From contig JAWMAR010000546.1 in assembly GCA_036785375.1 (NCBI GenBank), positions 1,116,001 through 1,180,000 on the forward strand: DNA of 64,000 nt, in the 5' to 3' direction. Source of the stretch: Leucoraja ocellata. Lineage: Eukaryota. The translations under genes and the position numbers were made by a program. This document shows, in pieces, positions 24,245-36,943 of the stretch (position 1 is its first letter; each line of letters begins with the position of its first letter). The notes under the pieces were generated by a model, which saw nothing but the letters and a program-made list of their open reading frames with translations, had not been told where the DNA came from and searched no databases.

Positions 24245-26700
24245 TCACTCCTGTCCCTTCACCGACACCTCGCCCCCGCTTCCTCCGAGAAATCACCTTC
24301 CGTAATCTAAAATCCATCGATCCCCACCATCTCTCTGACCTGCTCTCCACCACTCTCCCCCTGGATTCAACCCATATCTCACCTGATGATCTCACAAACC
24401 ATCTCAACTCCACCTTGTTTACTTCCCTAAACATTCTGGCCCCCCTCAAAACAAGAACCGTAACTTTTAACACATCTTCACCCTGGTACACACCTGCACT
24501 TCGTAAGCTGAAACAGACTGGTCACCGACTTGAACGACTCACAAAGAAATCATCTCTCACAGTCCACCATGAAACTTACAAACTCCACCTCACTGCCTAC
24601 AAAGATGCCCTCATTGCTGCAAAATCTGCCTACCTCTCCTCCATATTCACCGACCCCTGCCTAAACCACAGAACCCTCTTCTCCACAGTGGACAACCTCC
24701 TCAAGCCTCGAACCAACACTCTCCCTACCTCTACTCCGGATCTCGGCAACTCATTCCTCCACTTTTTCACTGATAAAATCAGCACCATCTATCAATCTTT
24801 ATCTCTTGTACCCGACTCCCCAGCATCTACTCCACCACCTACCAAGGCCCCTCCTTTCAACATCTCCACTGACCTCCTTACCCCTCCTCCACACTGCTTC
24901 CTCTCCCAGTTTGACCTGGTCACCCCTACTGAAATCTCCAAAATCATCAGCTCTTCCAAACCCACTACCTGCTCCCTCAACCCTCTCCCCACTCTCCTGC
25001 TGAAGTCCTGCCTCCCCGTTCTCTGCCCCTACCTCACTAATCTCTTCAACTCCTCATTGTCCCAAGGAATTGTCCCCTCCGCTTTCAAAACTGCTGCTGT
25101 CACACCAATCTTAAAGAAACCTGGTCTTGATCCCTCCTCTCTCATTAACTACCGCCCAATCTCAAACCTCCCCTTTCTTTCAAAAACCCTGGAGTGTATC
25201 GTTGCGTCACAACTTCATTCCACCTCCTTGCATATAACCTATTTGAACCCTTCCAATCTGGCTTTCGCTCCCTCCATAGCACAGAAACTGCTCTCCTCAA
25301 AGTCCTCAACGACCTCCTCACCTCTGCTGACACTGGTTCTCTCAACATCATCATCCTCCTCGACCTGAGTGCAGCCTTCGATACAGTGAACCATAACATC
25401 CTGCTCACCAGACTCAAAGACCTCGGCATTGAAGGTTCTGCACTCAGCTGGCTCCGTTCCTACCTTTCCAACAGATCCCACTTCATCTCTCTCCATAACC
25501 ACACCTCTGCTACAGCCACAGTCACTCAAGGCGTTCCCCAAGGCTCCGTACTTGGCCCCCTCCTCTTCATCATCTACATCTTCCTCCTTGGTCAGATACT
25601 CCGCCACTTCAACCTGGACTTCCATTGTTACGCCGATTACACCCAGATCTACCTCGGCACCAAATCCCCCGACAACCCCTCCCCCCCTCCCCCCCTCCCC
25701 CCCCTCTCCCATATCAACTCCTGTTTGTCAGCTATAAAGACCTGGATGCAACATAACTTCCTCAAACTCAACAGCGGTAAAACAGAATTCCTTCTCATAG
25801 GCTCCAAATCCACACTCAGCAAAATCAATAACCCCACTCTCACCATCGACGGCACCACTGTCTCCCCATCTCCCCAGGCCCGCAACCTTGGCGTGATCTT
25901 TGATTGCACCCTCTCCCTTGAGCCTCACATCCGCCATGTCATTAAAACCTCCTTCTTTCACCTCCGCAACATCGCCAAAATCAGACCCTCTCTCACACCT
26001 CCTGCTGCTGAAAGACTCATCCATGCCTTCATCTCCTCCCGACTGGACTACTGTAACTCACTTCTCCTTGGCATTAGCTCCACCTACATCAACCGACTCG
26101 AACTGGTCCAGAACGCAGCTGCCCGACTCATCACCCACACCAAATCCTGACATCACATCACTCCAGTCCTCAAACAACTTCACTGGCTTCCCATCTCCCA
26201 CCGGATCACCTACAAAATCCTGGTCCTCACCTACAAAGCCCTCCACCATCTGGCCCCCCCATATCTCACTGACCTCCTCTCCCCCTACCAACCCTCACGG
26301 TCCCTCAGATCCACATCAGCCGGTCTCCTCTCCATCCACAAGTCCAACCTCCGCAGTTTTGGGGACAGAGCCTTCTCCAGGGCAGCTCCCAGGCTCTGGA
26401 ACTACCTCCCCCAAATGATCCACAATTCCGTATCCCTCACCATCTTCCAGTCCCGCCTCAAGACCCATCTCTTCACCTCTGCCTATACTTAGCCCCACGT
26501 CCCCCTCCCTTTTCATCTGTGCTTGAATTGCCTCATATTGTGTTTTGAATTGAATTCTGTCTTTAATTTGTGTACTAGTCATGTCTCTACTATTTACTTC
26601 ATTCCGCTTACATGTTTTTCCTCTACTTGCTAAATTTTTGTAAGATGTCCTTGAGACTCTTGAAAGGCGCCCATAAATAAAATTTATTATTATTATTATT
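24245..26700 (+). mobile_element. L2 LINE, 5'-truncated ORF2 (RT), disrupted
   Basis: NYRPISNLPFLSK, FQSGFR, LLDLSAAFDTV, GVPQGSVLGP, YADY (for YADD), RLDYCNS. Frameshift at about 25210, stop at 26148-26150, (ATT)n tail. Confidence 0.93.
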
Positions 26701-27692
26701 ACTACTCGCCAGTGACGATGTGAGAGAAAATATATTGAGGGAAATGGTGGAACGCGAAGAAATACGAGTGCGCATTTATCGTAAGGTGCTGGTTTCTTCG
26801 AGAAACGAATATAGCAAACCAGGTTAGGCTTTTGTAGTTCCGCTTTTATTTGTGATTTAATAGAAACACATTACAGAGACCTTTTTAAAAGCATAACACG
26901 AAGTGATCAACACAACTGAATTCCACACTGAGACCAGGTACATTGAACATGTGGCTCGAGAGTCAAAGGTTAGCTCTGAATTAAGGAAAGGACAATTGAG
27001 CAGAAAAGGAGTAAATAGATATTTGCTGATATGTGCACACGCGTTGGATTGTTGGGTATGTATTTTCACGTGCATTTACATGACATTTATTTACAGGCCT
27101 TCGGTTAGGCCGCACTTGGAGGTCAGGTCGTCCCTTCAAGGGGATAATGTGGAGGCTTTGGAGAAGATGCAGAAGAGGTTTACTAGAATGCTGCAGCCCG
27201 GGTTAGAATTATTAGCTAGAAGAGGCAAACATGGATTGTTTTCTTTGGCGCATCGGAGGTTGAAGTGGGACACGGTAGAAGTTGTTAGAATAATGACAGG
27301 CATAGATAGTGTGTCTGAATTTAACATGAAGATTACGATCTCACACAAACAGCGTTCCCGACTTTCTATACAACGGCATTCAACACCGGAAGGACACAAA
27401 TATGGCCCATGCTAAAGAAAAAGAGAATGTATAGAAAAAAAGATAAAAAGAAGAAAAGAAACGTCTACCGTTTGAGAAAATTGACTTATTTTCACATGAT
27501 ATTCAAATTACGATTAAAATATTTTGATACATTAACGCTATACGAAAGGCAACTAGGCAATATCAAACAAGTCAGATAGACAGAACGAACTATTGTTTAT
27601 GACATTGCCCGCTTCTGCTTTGAACATTTCCCTTGGTTACAACGACGTCCATAGACCGGTCAGATAAATACGCGGTTTTCAACATTCAATCG

Positions 27693-27701
27693 TCACTTGA
27701 C
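27693..27701 (-). CDS. IGHM: IgM TM2 exon (VK-stop)
   Basis: ctctctttacag|GTC AAG TGA, completing the canonical KVK cytoplasmic tail. Confidence 0.9.
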   Translation of the reverse strand, partial: VK

Positions 27702-27835
27702 CTGTAAAGAGAGGGAGAGAATATGAAAGTGTATTAGCAGTCTGTGACTAAGATGCCAGGACATCCAATGAGTGGGACAATCGCTATTTTGCCCTACTCT
27801 TCAATCAGGTGGAAAAGTAAGTGCAATGGACTCAC

Positions 27836-27963
27836 CTTCACCAGAGTTACGGCAGCACCGTAGGAAATGCTCAGGAAGAACAAGATAATGAATGTGGAAG
27901 CGGTTGTCCAGATATTGTCTCTGTCTTCCTCATAGTCCTCTAGAGGAACGTTGTCGGCGTAAT
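27836..27963 (-). CDS. IGHM: IgM TM1 exon
   Basis: (D)YADNVPLEDYEEDRDNIWTTASTFIILFFLSISYGAAVTLVK, a CART-type transmembrane motif. AG acceptor and GTGAGT donor. 128 nt, phase 1 to 0. Confidence 0.95.
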
Positions 27964-28681
27964 CTACGCAAAGCAGAACGCGAAGACGTTCACAATATAT
28001 TCTAATCATTGTATTGTATTTATTATTTACCAAAATAATAGGGATATTAATATTAGGGATATTAATTTCCTATGAGCTGTTTTTACGTTGAGGTGATCAT
28101 CCATCCTCAACAATTGTATCCACAACCATGGCCACTTGTAGACACAGCTGCTAATAAACAGCCGTTTATGAATAGTTTTGGAGAAAACAATGTGTTTGCA
28201 TATTTCTGGGATTCATTACTCATTCTATAAACGTCCGCTTCCCATTAATATATTTTACTAACCAGGATGGTATAACACTTGGAGCTGGTTATTGCTTACA
28301 ATGTTATCAGATAACCCTGTATTTGGATATGGTGACCGGAGCTCGGTGAAGGAACTCACTGAATGGAAACATTGGCTCCCAATAATGTGCCATAATTCCC
28401 ACATTAGAACCCTGTTGGCTGATGTATCCTGTTTTCGGTTAGGGGATGGAGGAAGGCTTGTGTACACAAATATAACTTTGAACCATTTGAAAGGCATTAT
28501 ATTTCTAGTGTAAAATATGGAGCATGTATGATCTACGGTTATACTTAGTTGTTAGGAACGCGGGGAAAACTACTGGATAAATGATCTGATTGGCCCTTCC
28601 GTTTGCCTGTAACTAACTAGATGTGTATCATCATGTATAAGTTTGCCTAAAATCTAACATTGTTTTCGTATTAGTTCATGG

Positions 28682-28682
<1 letters not shown>

Positions 28683-28740
<58 letters not shown>

Positions 28741-28757
28741 TGTGTGTGTGCGCGCGC
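28683..28757. repeat. (TG)n-(CG)n microsatellite
   Basis: Direct reading. Confidence 0.95.
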
Positions 28758-28967
28758 ACATATAATGCGTGGAATTGTTGTGGAAAATCTATTTCGACAT
28801 CAATCAGCATTTAAGCAGAAGAAAAATATAATATGAGCCAATAAATCTACTAGCGTGTACTATTGACACAGGGATTTTGCTTTGAAAGTCCATTGGTATT
28901 AAAGTGAGAGCCTAAATGCATTTGTGTGGTATTAATGTGGTTTTCTTTTGTGCAAATATGCGATTTT

Positions 28968-29411
28968 ACAAGGTTGAACAAGTTAGGGCTTTATTCTTTG
29001 GAGCGCAGAAGGTTAAGGGGGGACTTGATAGAGGTTTTTAAAATGATGAGAGGGATAGACAGAGTTGACGTGGATAAGCTTTTCCCACTGAGAGTAGGGA
29101 AGATTCAAACAAGGGGACATGACTTGAGAATTAAGGGACAGAAGTTTTGGGGTAAAATGGGGGGGAACTTCTTTACTCAGAGCGTGGTGGCTGTGTGGAA
29201 TGAGCTTCCAGTGAAGGTGGTGGAGGCAGGTTCGTTTTTATCATTTAAAAATATATTGGATAGTTATATGGACGGGAAAGGTATGGAGGATTATGGGCTG
29301 AACGCAGGTGTATGGGACTAGGGGAGAATATGTGTTCGGCACGGACTAGAAGGGTCGAGATGGCCTGTTTCCGTGCTGTAATTGTTATATGGTTATATGG
29401 TTTATATGGTT
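28968..29411 (+). mobile_element. CR1 LINE 3' fragment
   Basis: LGLYSLERRRLRGDLIEVFK..WNELP motif and (TATATGGT)n tail. Confidence 0.88.
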
Positions 29412-29983
29412 TAGCTAACCGTTCCTATTATTTTGCATTTCAAAGAATGTTTGATTGCTGGTGTGTTTAGGTGGATGTCCATGTGCTATGGGGTAAGCAT
29501 GTCGTTAATTGCGTTTTATGTATGTTTCTATGCGACCCCATAAATGATTTTATTTGTGTGGCTTGCTGATGTTTTGTGGTGAGTAAGCTTCGTGTACATC
29601 AGGGGGAGAACTGGAAACGGACGTGGCCTTGTCTATTGCTCGAGCCGCATCTGATATTTGGATCTAAGTTTGTGTTCTCACGAGCCACTCATAGCGGTTA
29701 TCCCATCAATCGCCTGCACACATTGTGATGCCCGTTTAATAACTGAACGCCACAGCATTCTGGAGCCGGAGTTAAATGGCCCACTTCATGGGAACAATCT
29801 ATAATGGTGACACTTTATTCTTGTTCTTTACGTTCCACATAGTTGTACTTAGCATTACGTTGCTTTCATTGAATTGCTATCGGCTGTTTCTTCTCTACGC
29901 TCCTGAACACATTCAGCATCATGTGCATCAAAAGAGCCATTACATTCTCTTATCATTAATATATGGATTTTCCACTCTCATTC

Positions 29984-30359
29984 NNNNNNNNNNNNNNNNN
30001 NNNNNNNNNNNNNNNNNNNNNNNNNNNNNNNNNNNNNNNNNNNNNNNNNNNNNNNNNNNNNNNNNNNNNNNNNNNNNNNNNNNNNNNNNNNNNNNNNNNN
30101 NNNNNNNNNNNNNNNNNNNNNNNNNNNNNNNNNNNNNNNNNNNNNNNNNNNNNNNNNNNNNNNNNNNNNNNNNNNNNNNNNNNNNNNNNNNNNNNNNNNN
30201 NNNNNNNNNNNNNNNNNNNNNNNNNNNNNNNNNNNNNNNNNNNNNNNNNNNNNNNNNNNNNNNNNNNNNNNNNNNNNNNNNNNNNNNNNNNNNNNNNNNN
30301 NNNNNNNNNNNNNNNNNNNNNNNNNNNNNNNNNNNNNNNNNNNNNNNNNNNNNNNNNNN
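29984..30359. other. Assembly gap between CH4 and TM1
   Basis: Run of 376 N. Confidence 1.
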
Positions 30360-30589
30360 ATATCTGGCCAGTAAGAGCGATAATGTTGAAGTGTGTCCGC
30401 GATGCGTGCAGTGGTGCAGCTGTGACTTATCTCCAAAACCCCGACGTTACTGTGCCGTCTACATGCGTTTTCAGTAAATTGTCGCCAAGATTTTCAATAT
30501 TCAACGTTAATATATAGTCATCGTTTTGACAGAATGTTTTATATAATTAATTGGGTGGCCACGTGTTCAGCTCAAGGAGGTTAAAGATA

Positions 30590-30605
30590 TTTATTAGCAT
30601 TTATT
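30590..30605 (-). promoter_or_regulatory. Tandem AATAAA polyadenylation signals for secretory mu mRNA
   Basis: AATAAA at 30605-30600 and 30595-30590, about 30-45 nt after the tailpiece stop. Confidence 0.75.
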
Positions 30606-30633
30606 TCAGAGGAATTTGAAACTAAATTCATTC

Positions 30634-31026
30634 TCATTGACAGGAATTGACAGTGTCCATTAATACAAGGGAAACGTTGACAAAACTGGGGTTTACCGCT
30701 GGACTTATTGACCGTTCTGACGATGGTCTTCATGGGGAGTGCTTCGTGCCCCACTAGACAGGAGAAGGAGGCTCCGCTAGCCCACTCCTCTGCCCCAACG
30801 GATAACAGGCTGTATGTGAAGAAGGTATCATTGCCGTTCTCCGCCTCCACCTCGGTGTTCTTGTACTTGCTCTCATCCACCCGCTTGTCATCAAGTGTCC
30901 ACGTGACGAAGACCCTGCGAGGGGAGAATCCTCTCACGAAGCAGGTGAGGATGATAGTCTTGTGGGCGGAGATTTCTTCTGTCGGCGGCAGAAGGACTGA
31001 GACGGAAGGTGGCAGCAGATGTTGAC
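30634..31026 (-). CDS. IGHM: IgM CH4 exon plus secretory tailpiece (tail has a +1 frameshift as assembled)
   Basis: [39 protein letters not shown]. Internal membrane donor G|GTAAA after 30697. Removing one C from CCCC (30688-30691) gives [20 protein letters not shown]-stop, with an N-glycan site and penultimate Cys. Confidence 0.95.
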
Positions 31027-32137
31027 CTAGGGAACAATTGAAATTGCGTTTATTATACAAGACGGTTAAAGCGATTAAAAGCTAAATATATCCGTGAGTA
31101 AACTGCCAACCGACAGTATTAACGGCATTGCATTCCCCTTTTGTGACTTGTCTCTTTGTTCAGACATATACACCTGAATGTGCGTCTCTCCTGTGCACGG
31201 CAGAAGATTTGTATGAATCACTTCACACACTCACACACAAGATCAAGCCAAGCGCCCTCTCTGATCCGTGTTATTTCTGATGGCCATGGTTGACTCTGCT
31301 CCTTTTGTCATTTATTGCTAAATGCAGTTGAATGAGACGTTATCAACCCATGGCAGGAGTAGTTAGTGGATGCCAGCGGAGAATGCTGAGCGTATAAGGT
31401 GATGCTTTGTGAAGTGCGTTTTCGAAATCGATGCAAATGATGGAATTGTAAAATGAATTCAGGGATCGCAGGAAACAAAGAGCACGTCAGACAGTGTGTA
31501 CGCAAAAAGAGATGCCTCTGTATGATGTGGGGAAATGACCCATTCTTAAGTTGCAGAGATAATGTTGGACGGAGTTGAGAGTAAAAAGGGAATTTGGAAA
31601 TGGCCATTTTGACCTGGACAATACAAGCAAAATGGAAAACAAAACACTTCTAGGCTCTTTGTCTGCGGTCTTCCTCGGTGTTATATCTAATCCCTATGGC
31701 AAGCTTTCAGAATGGCATTCCTCCGATCGTTTGTGTAGATGCAGACCATTGGAGCCAATATTAAATGTTCTGCATTAAGTTGACGTCTTTCCGATATACG
31801 GCATTTGAAGGTTTTTGGGTTTTTTCGAATAACTCGTTTCATGTGCCTAGCTCAGAAACTGACATTTCTGCAACTCGAGAGTATCTGCGATCTACTGACA
31901 CCATCACCACATGGTAATTGGTAGGCAAACCCATATCCCTGCAAGTTACAACACTCATTTCATGCAAAGTCATCTCGTATTCTCTCTTTTCCAGCTCTGA
32001 CCAAGGACTCAGTGAAGTCTTAGGACTATTTCATTTTGCATAGATATTGCTTCGCCGACGGAGTGATCTCAATCATTTATTTTAGCTTTATCTCAGAAGA
32101 AAAGTGCACCAGTCACCTCTGGCCCACACCGGCTCAC

Positions 32138-32436
32138 CTTTCTTCCAGTTGATTCGTTCAGTTTTTGCTTTGGCATATTACCATGGCTCACCGCGCATTC
32201 GAAATAATCCCCACTCAGCCAGTCTTGAGTCGAAATGTTGACTTTGCTCTGTACGATATCTGCATGTCCTGTGGGCTGGATGTATGATACCAAAGGTACA
32301 TTCCCACGTTTCCAAGATACTGTGATACCATAAGGTGCATCGGATACCAGACAGGTTAACGTCACGGTCATCTCCATTAACTCTTGTTCAACTTGTGGTG
32401 GAAGGATTTTAATACTCAGTTTGTCGCAGGAAACAT
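32138..32436 (-). CDS. IGHM: IgM CH3 exon (-1 frameshift near its 3' end as assembled)
   Basis: [29 protein letters not shown] and GTGAG sites give 299 nt, one short of phase 1-1. Adding 1 nt at about 32162-32167 restores ..[10 protein letters not shown]. Confidence 0.92.
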
Positions 32437-32769
32437 CTGTGGCACAATAATGAATGTGAACATAAGCATTTGCAGGAGTAACCGGCATCGAAGGTTTACA
32501 CCAATCATCCGCCCCCAAAACTTGAATGTGTACATGACCCCTTCTGATTAGTGATTCTGGGAACATGGGTCCTAAATCGTCATGAACTGACTTTTGTCTC
32601 TGTGCAGAGAACGACCACAATAAATGAAATGAGAGGTCGCATCATGGGCTATACCACGCTAGACACGCAGAGCTGGAGTACTGTAACTCAGCGGGTCAGG
32701 CACCATCTCTGCAGAAAATGAATACATGCTGTTTCTGGTCGAGACCCTCCTTTAGACTGAGAGTCTGGG

Positions 32770-32800
<31 letters not shown>

Positions 32801-32895
32801 GGTGTAGAAGTATTAATAGGTACAAATAAAAAAACAACCCTGAGCGCTAATGTTTACACTAATATCCCGAGACACACCACGGATGTATTTCTTAC

Positions 32896-33213
32896 CTGGA
32901 GGCATACTGATGTTTTGGCTTTTCAAATCTTTTTCATGGTTGACTTGGCAGGTATAGACGAAATCTCCGAACCACTCTTCAGCTGTGAATGTCAACTGGC
33001 TGGTCGCCGAGAAGTTACCGGTACCGTTCACCTGGAAGGCGGGAGAGGTGACGATGCCCGAATCCAATGGCTTTCCATTCTTCAGCCAGTTCACAGTAAA
33101 TATGGCTGGGGTGAAATCGTTGACCAAACACACGGCGATCGCTTTTCTGCTGCGCTTAATTTCATCAAGAGCAGTTATGGTAATGGTGACGGTAGGATGA
33201 TGTACCACGCGGA
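32896..33213 (-). CDS. IGHM: IgM CH2 exon (intact)
   Basis: HPTVTI..AVCLVNDFTP..WLKNGK..YTCQVNH. 318 nt, ttcag acceptor and GTAAG donor. Confidence 0.95.
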
Positions 33214-34089
33214 CTGAAAGGAAATAAACTTCATTGGAATTGCTCATAAACCATCGTCGATTAATAATGACGTCCAATATTTTCACCCCAAAAAAAATAT
33301 CACATTTTCTGATTAAAAGTAGCCGTCCACTCACTTGGACTTCCCGAGATGCTACTAAATTCTTTGTTTATCATGGTACATCGAGTGCTCGTAAATGGTG
33401 AACTTATAGTTCGGTGTCGTTGTCACAGGGATGTAATGGGCCGACTTCTGCTTTTGTCCTCTGTGACTGTGTCTGTGCTTTTAATATTCTTGATAATGTT
33501 CTCAACATGATGCACTCAGCCGCTCCGATTGTTCGCCAGTTAAAATGTAACGTATCTATGTATAGATCAGTTCCTCGCGAATTATATGGACGGGCTGGTG
33601 ATGATAATAAATTGATCAGCACTCTTTTCAAACTCTCTACAAGTATTTTTTTAATGTTTTATGATTTTGTGAATGGCGAATTGTCTCGATATTTGAAGCA
33701 CCGCCTTTCGTTCCGTCACAAGAACGCTTCGGTAATATGAATATCGCTCTCGCCCCTCGGTGCCTGGAAACACAACTCACCGTTTTGTCCAAACAACAAC
33801 AGCAGATGTTGTTTGATTTTTTTTTTAAAGCGAAAGGCTGGAATAATGTGGCGGGTGGTTTAAGTGTTTTTGGTCTTTGGTGGTTATGTTGAGAATAGAG
33901 TTTCATCATTGTTCCAGATGTTACATCACATCTGTGGATGCAGCCACACTTTCACATCACTATATAGACATGAATTGTCTGTCTTTGACCAGATGGATCG
34001 TGGAGCTCAGATGAGCGTTCGACGTTCAGTATGACATGAAGAATAAAACCGAACAGGGCACATTAGGTCAAGTACTTATCTTCAATTGT

Positions 34090-34578
34090 CAAATCCCGCG
34101 AATTATATGGATTGCATCACGGCCTGGTTCGGCAACTTGAACATCCAGGAGCAGAAAAGATTGCAAAAGGTTGTGACCCCTGCCCATTCCATAACCGGCT
34201 CGGACCCTCGGACCACCGACCCCCCCCCCCCCCCCCCCCCGCCCATCATCAAAAAGGCAGCCAACATCATCAGAGACCCACACCATCCTGGCTACACACT
34301 CATTTCACCACTGCCATCGGGAAGAAGGTACAGGAGCCTGAAAACTGTAACGTCTAGGTTCAGGAACAGCTTCTTCCCTACAGCCATCAGGCTATTAAAC
34401 ACTAGAACTTCATATCCTCTGAACTGCAATAGATTATTATTATTATTATTATTATTATTATTGCACTGTTATTGTTTGTTTTGAGTGTGTGTGCGTGTAT
34501 ACATGCAAAAATGTCATTGTTCTATCTGGGACATATGACAATAAAACATTCTTGACTCTCGACTCCCGACTCTCAACT
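34090..34578 (+). mobile_element. Rex1/Babar-type LINE 3' fragment in the CH1-CH2 intron
   Basis: CITAWFGN..IIRDPHHPG..LPSGRRYRS..FRNSFFPTAIRLLN, then ATGACAATAAA and a gactc-type tail. Confidence 0.8.
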
Positions 34579-34594
34579 CCACCCCAACACGAAC

Positions 34595-34897
34595 CTGGTA
34601 GTTGTACTTTCACTTTATACTCGTTCTGGTTGTGCTGAACCACGCAGAAGATGTCACCTCCCCGCTGCCGCCGCCTCGGTGATGGTTAACTCGCTGCTCC
34701 GGGTGTAAGTTCCCAACTTATTGAACACTGCCGGGTAGCCCTTCACTCCGGTCTCCAGTTTTATATCATCTTTCTTCCAAGAAACACTGGCGCCCGCAGG
34801 GAATAGCCCAACGCCAAACAACCATAGGTGAACGAACCACTGGAGCCTTGATCCTCGCAGGTGAAGAGAATGAAGGGACTGGGCGCGGATGGAGCCG
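34595..34897 (-). pseudogene. IGHM: IgM CH1 exon with -1 and +1 frameshifts and an in-frame stop as assembled
   Basis: [24 protein letters not shown] / [20 protein letters not shown] / [21 protein letters not shown]. Indels at about 34800 and 34661. TAA at 34763-34761 in the spliced frame. 303 nt. Confidence 0.88.
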
Positions 34898-35189
34898 CTG
34901 CAAAGCAAAGGCCACATGAATGTTAAACTCTCTCTCTCTCTCTTGTCTATTTCATGCAACTTCACCTGTGTATCACACACTGTTAGTTAATCACTCCGCC
35001 TTGATCCCACCTTGGAAAACATTGGCTGAAAATGTCTTGGGTGCCAATATCTGGCAGTTACTGCCAAATGTACGCACAATTTCGAGTTGGAAATATATCG
35101 ATAGGCCTCCAGTATTAATTACTGTAAAATTCCCAGGATTTCTCAGGAATGCTCAATGGCTATAACTAACGTTGGCGTATGTGTTACAA

Positions 35190-35680
35190 TCTCACCAAAC
35201 TCCTTGTTGCGACTGGGGATGATGGAGCAAGGGCGGATCTACGGGATACAGTGTAGACACGTGTGAGAGTCTCGTCTATTGTAAAAGTGGAGAATACCCG
35301 CTCCCTAAAGAATGAGGACCTCAGATATCCTGGATGGAACAACTCATCTTGGGAGCAGTTGCACGGAGATGGATGAATTTGGAAATAGGCCATAGAATCT
35401 TTGCAGGAGGCAAGGTTGGAAGAGGTGTAGTCCTGATAGCTGCGGGAGTCCGTAGATTTGTCATTTACGTCAGTCGATAGTCGATCTCCTGCGATGGAGG
35501 ACGGTGAGATCAACAAAGGGGAGGTATGTGTCGGGGATAGACCCGGGGAATTTGAACGTACGGTCAAAGTTTGTAGACAATGAAGTCGATGATTTCTGCA
35601 TGGGTACAGAGGAAGAGTTCGGGGAATCGGCCAGTCTGTGTCAGGGGTTGTCCCGTGTACCCAACTAAATGGACATTGGT
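35190..35680 (-). mobile_element. Degenerate Penelope-like element fragment in the J-C intron
   Basis: GDRLSTDVNDKSTDSRSYQDYTS..SCKDS, similar to 57621-57866. Confidence 0.7.
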
Positions 35681-36935
35681 GAAATGATGTGCAATGTTGG
35701 AAACAACATTTTCTCTGCTATTTGAATCGAACAGTTATCCCACTAATCCGTGAACAGAGTGGGAATTGAAATCAATGGTTCAAACGAGGGTTTGACTGGC
35801 GTTCAAAATTACATATGCATTTATTTAATTAAAATTAAATAATTTTGGTAGGTTTCGCTTGGGCCACTGAGAGTGCCCGTGGCTAAACTTTTGATTTGAA
35901 GGAAGAGGGAAGAGTTTTGTCATAAATGGTTCCGAGATTATCCGATAAAATCAGAAACAATGGAAGGATGGCTGTGGTTTTCCGTGGTTTTCCACATCCG
36001 GGTCCCGAACATAATTTGGGAGAAGACCAAAAAATAAACAATCACAATCTTGTTCGTGTAATTTGGCCTTAAATGTGTCCATCGAACGAAACTAACTAAG
36101 GGAGTGGATGGGATTGAAATGTAGCGACAAATAACACACTTCAAATGTTACTTTTTAACTGTATTTTGTTGTCCCATCACTCACGAAAATATACCGATCA
36201 TTTATGTCGACCGTAATTGCAAGGACATTCCAAAAGCAAACCAGCCGGCAAGAACATTACATTCATGCCAGATTAAAAACATGTATGAGATTGCATTGGT
36301 AAGGATTAAAAGAACTCCCTCAATATAATATCTGAATTAGTAAAGGTTATGTACCACAACATCAGGAAACTAAATGTAGCATATAAATTGTAACAACATG
36401 TTAACACTTCGTAATTAAATAAATTGGCACATGTTTCAAATGCTTGTCTGTGTGCATCATTGCCTCAATGAAATCAATAATAATCAATTAACATTAATGT
36501 TGATGCAATCAGTTCAGTTTCCAGCATCTTTAAACGAGTTTACGTTTACAATGTGATCGGCACGGAAGAACGAATGATTAACATTGTATCACTGTGTTCA
36601 AGAAGGAACTGCAGATGCTGGAAAATCGAAGGTACACAAAAAAAGCTGGAGAAACTCAGCGGGTGCAGCAGCATCTACGGAGCGAAGGAAAAGGGCAACG
36701 TTTCGGGCCGAAACCCTTCTTCAGACGGGTTTGTATCATTGTAAACATTGTATCACTGTCCGATAGGAAACGAATATCAAATATACCAATTATAAATTAT
36801 AACCTGCAATCTATTAAAACATATCTGAGTTTGCTTCGTGACTTTAACAGGAAAATGCTTTCATTCATATAGAGGAAGTCTACTTAGAATAGTGAAAATG
36901 CACAATGTTGCTAAATCAATGTCTTAATTAAATAA

Positions 36936-36943
36936 ATGCAAAT
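36936..36943. promoter_or_regulatory. Octamer ATGCAAAT in the J-CH1 intron (candidate enhancer site)
   Basis: Perfect octamer overlapping a CAAATG E-box. Function not shown. Confidence 0.3.

Noticed and set aside
29776-30517. ORFs spanning N runs (also 6577-6903 and 43699-44231)
   Set aside because: Artefacts of assembly gaps.
31431-31438. Isolated octamers (also 11813-11820 and 43533-43540)
   Set aside because: A few 8-mer hits are expected by chance in 64 kb and these have no supporting context.
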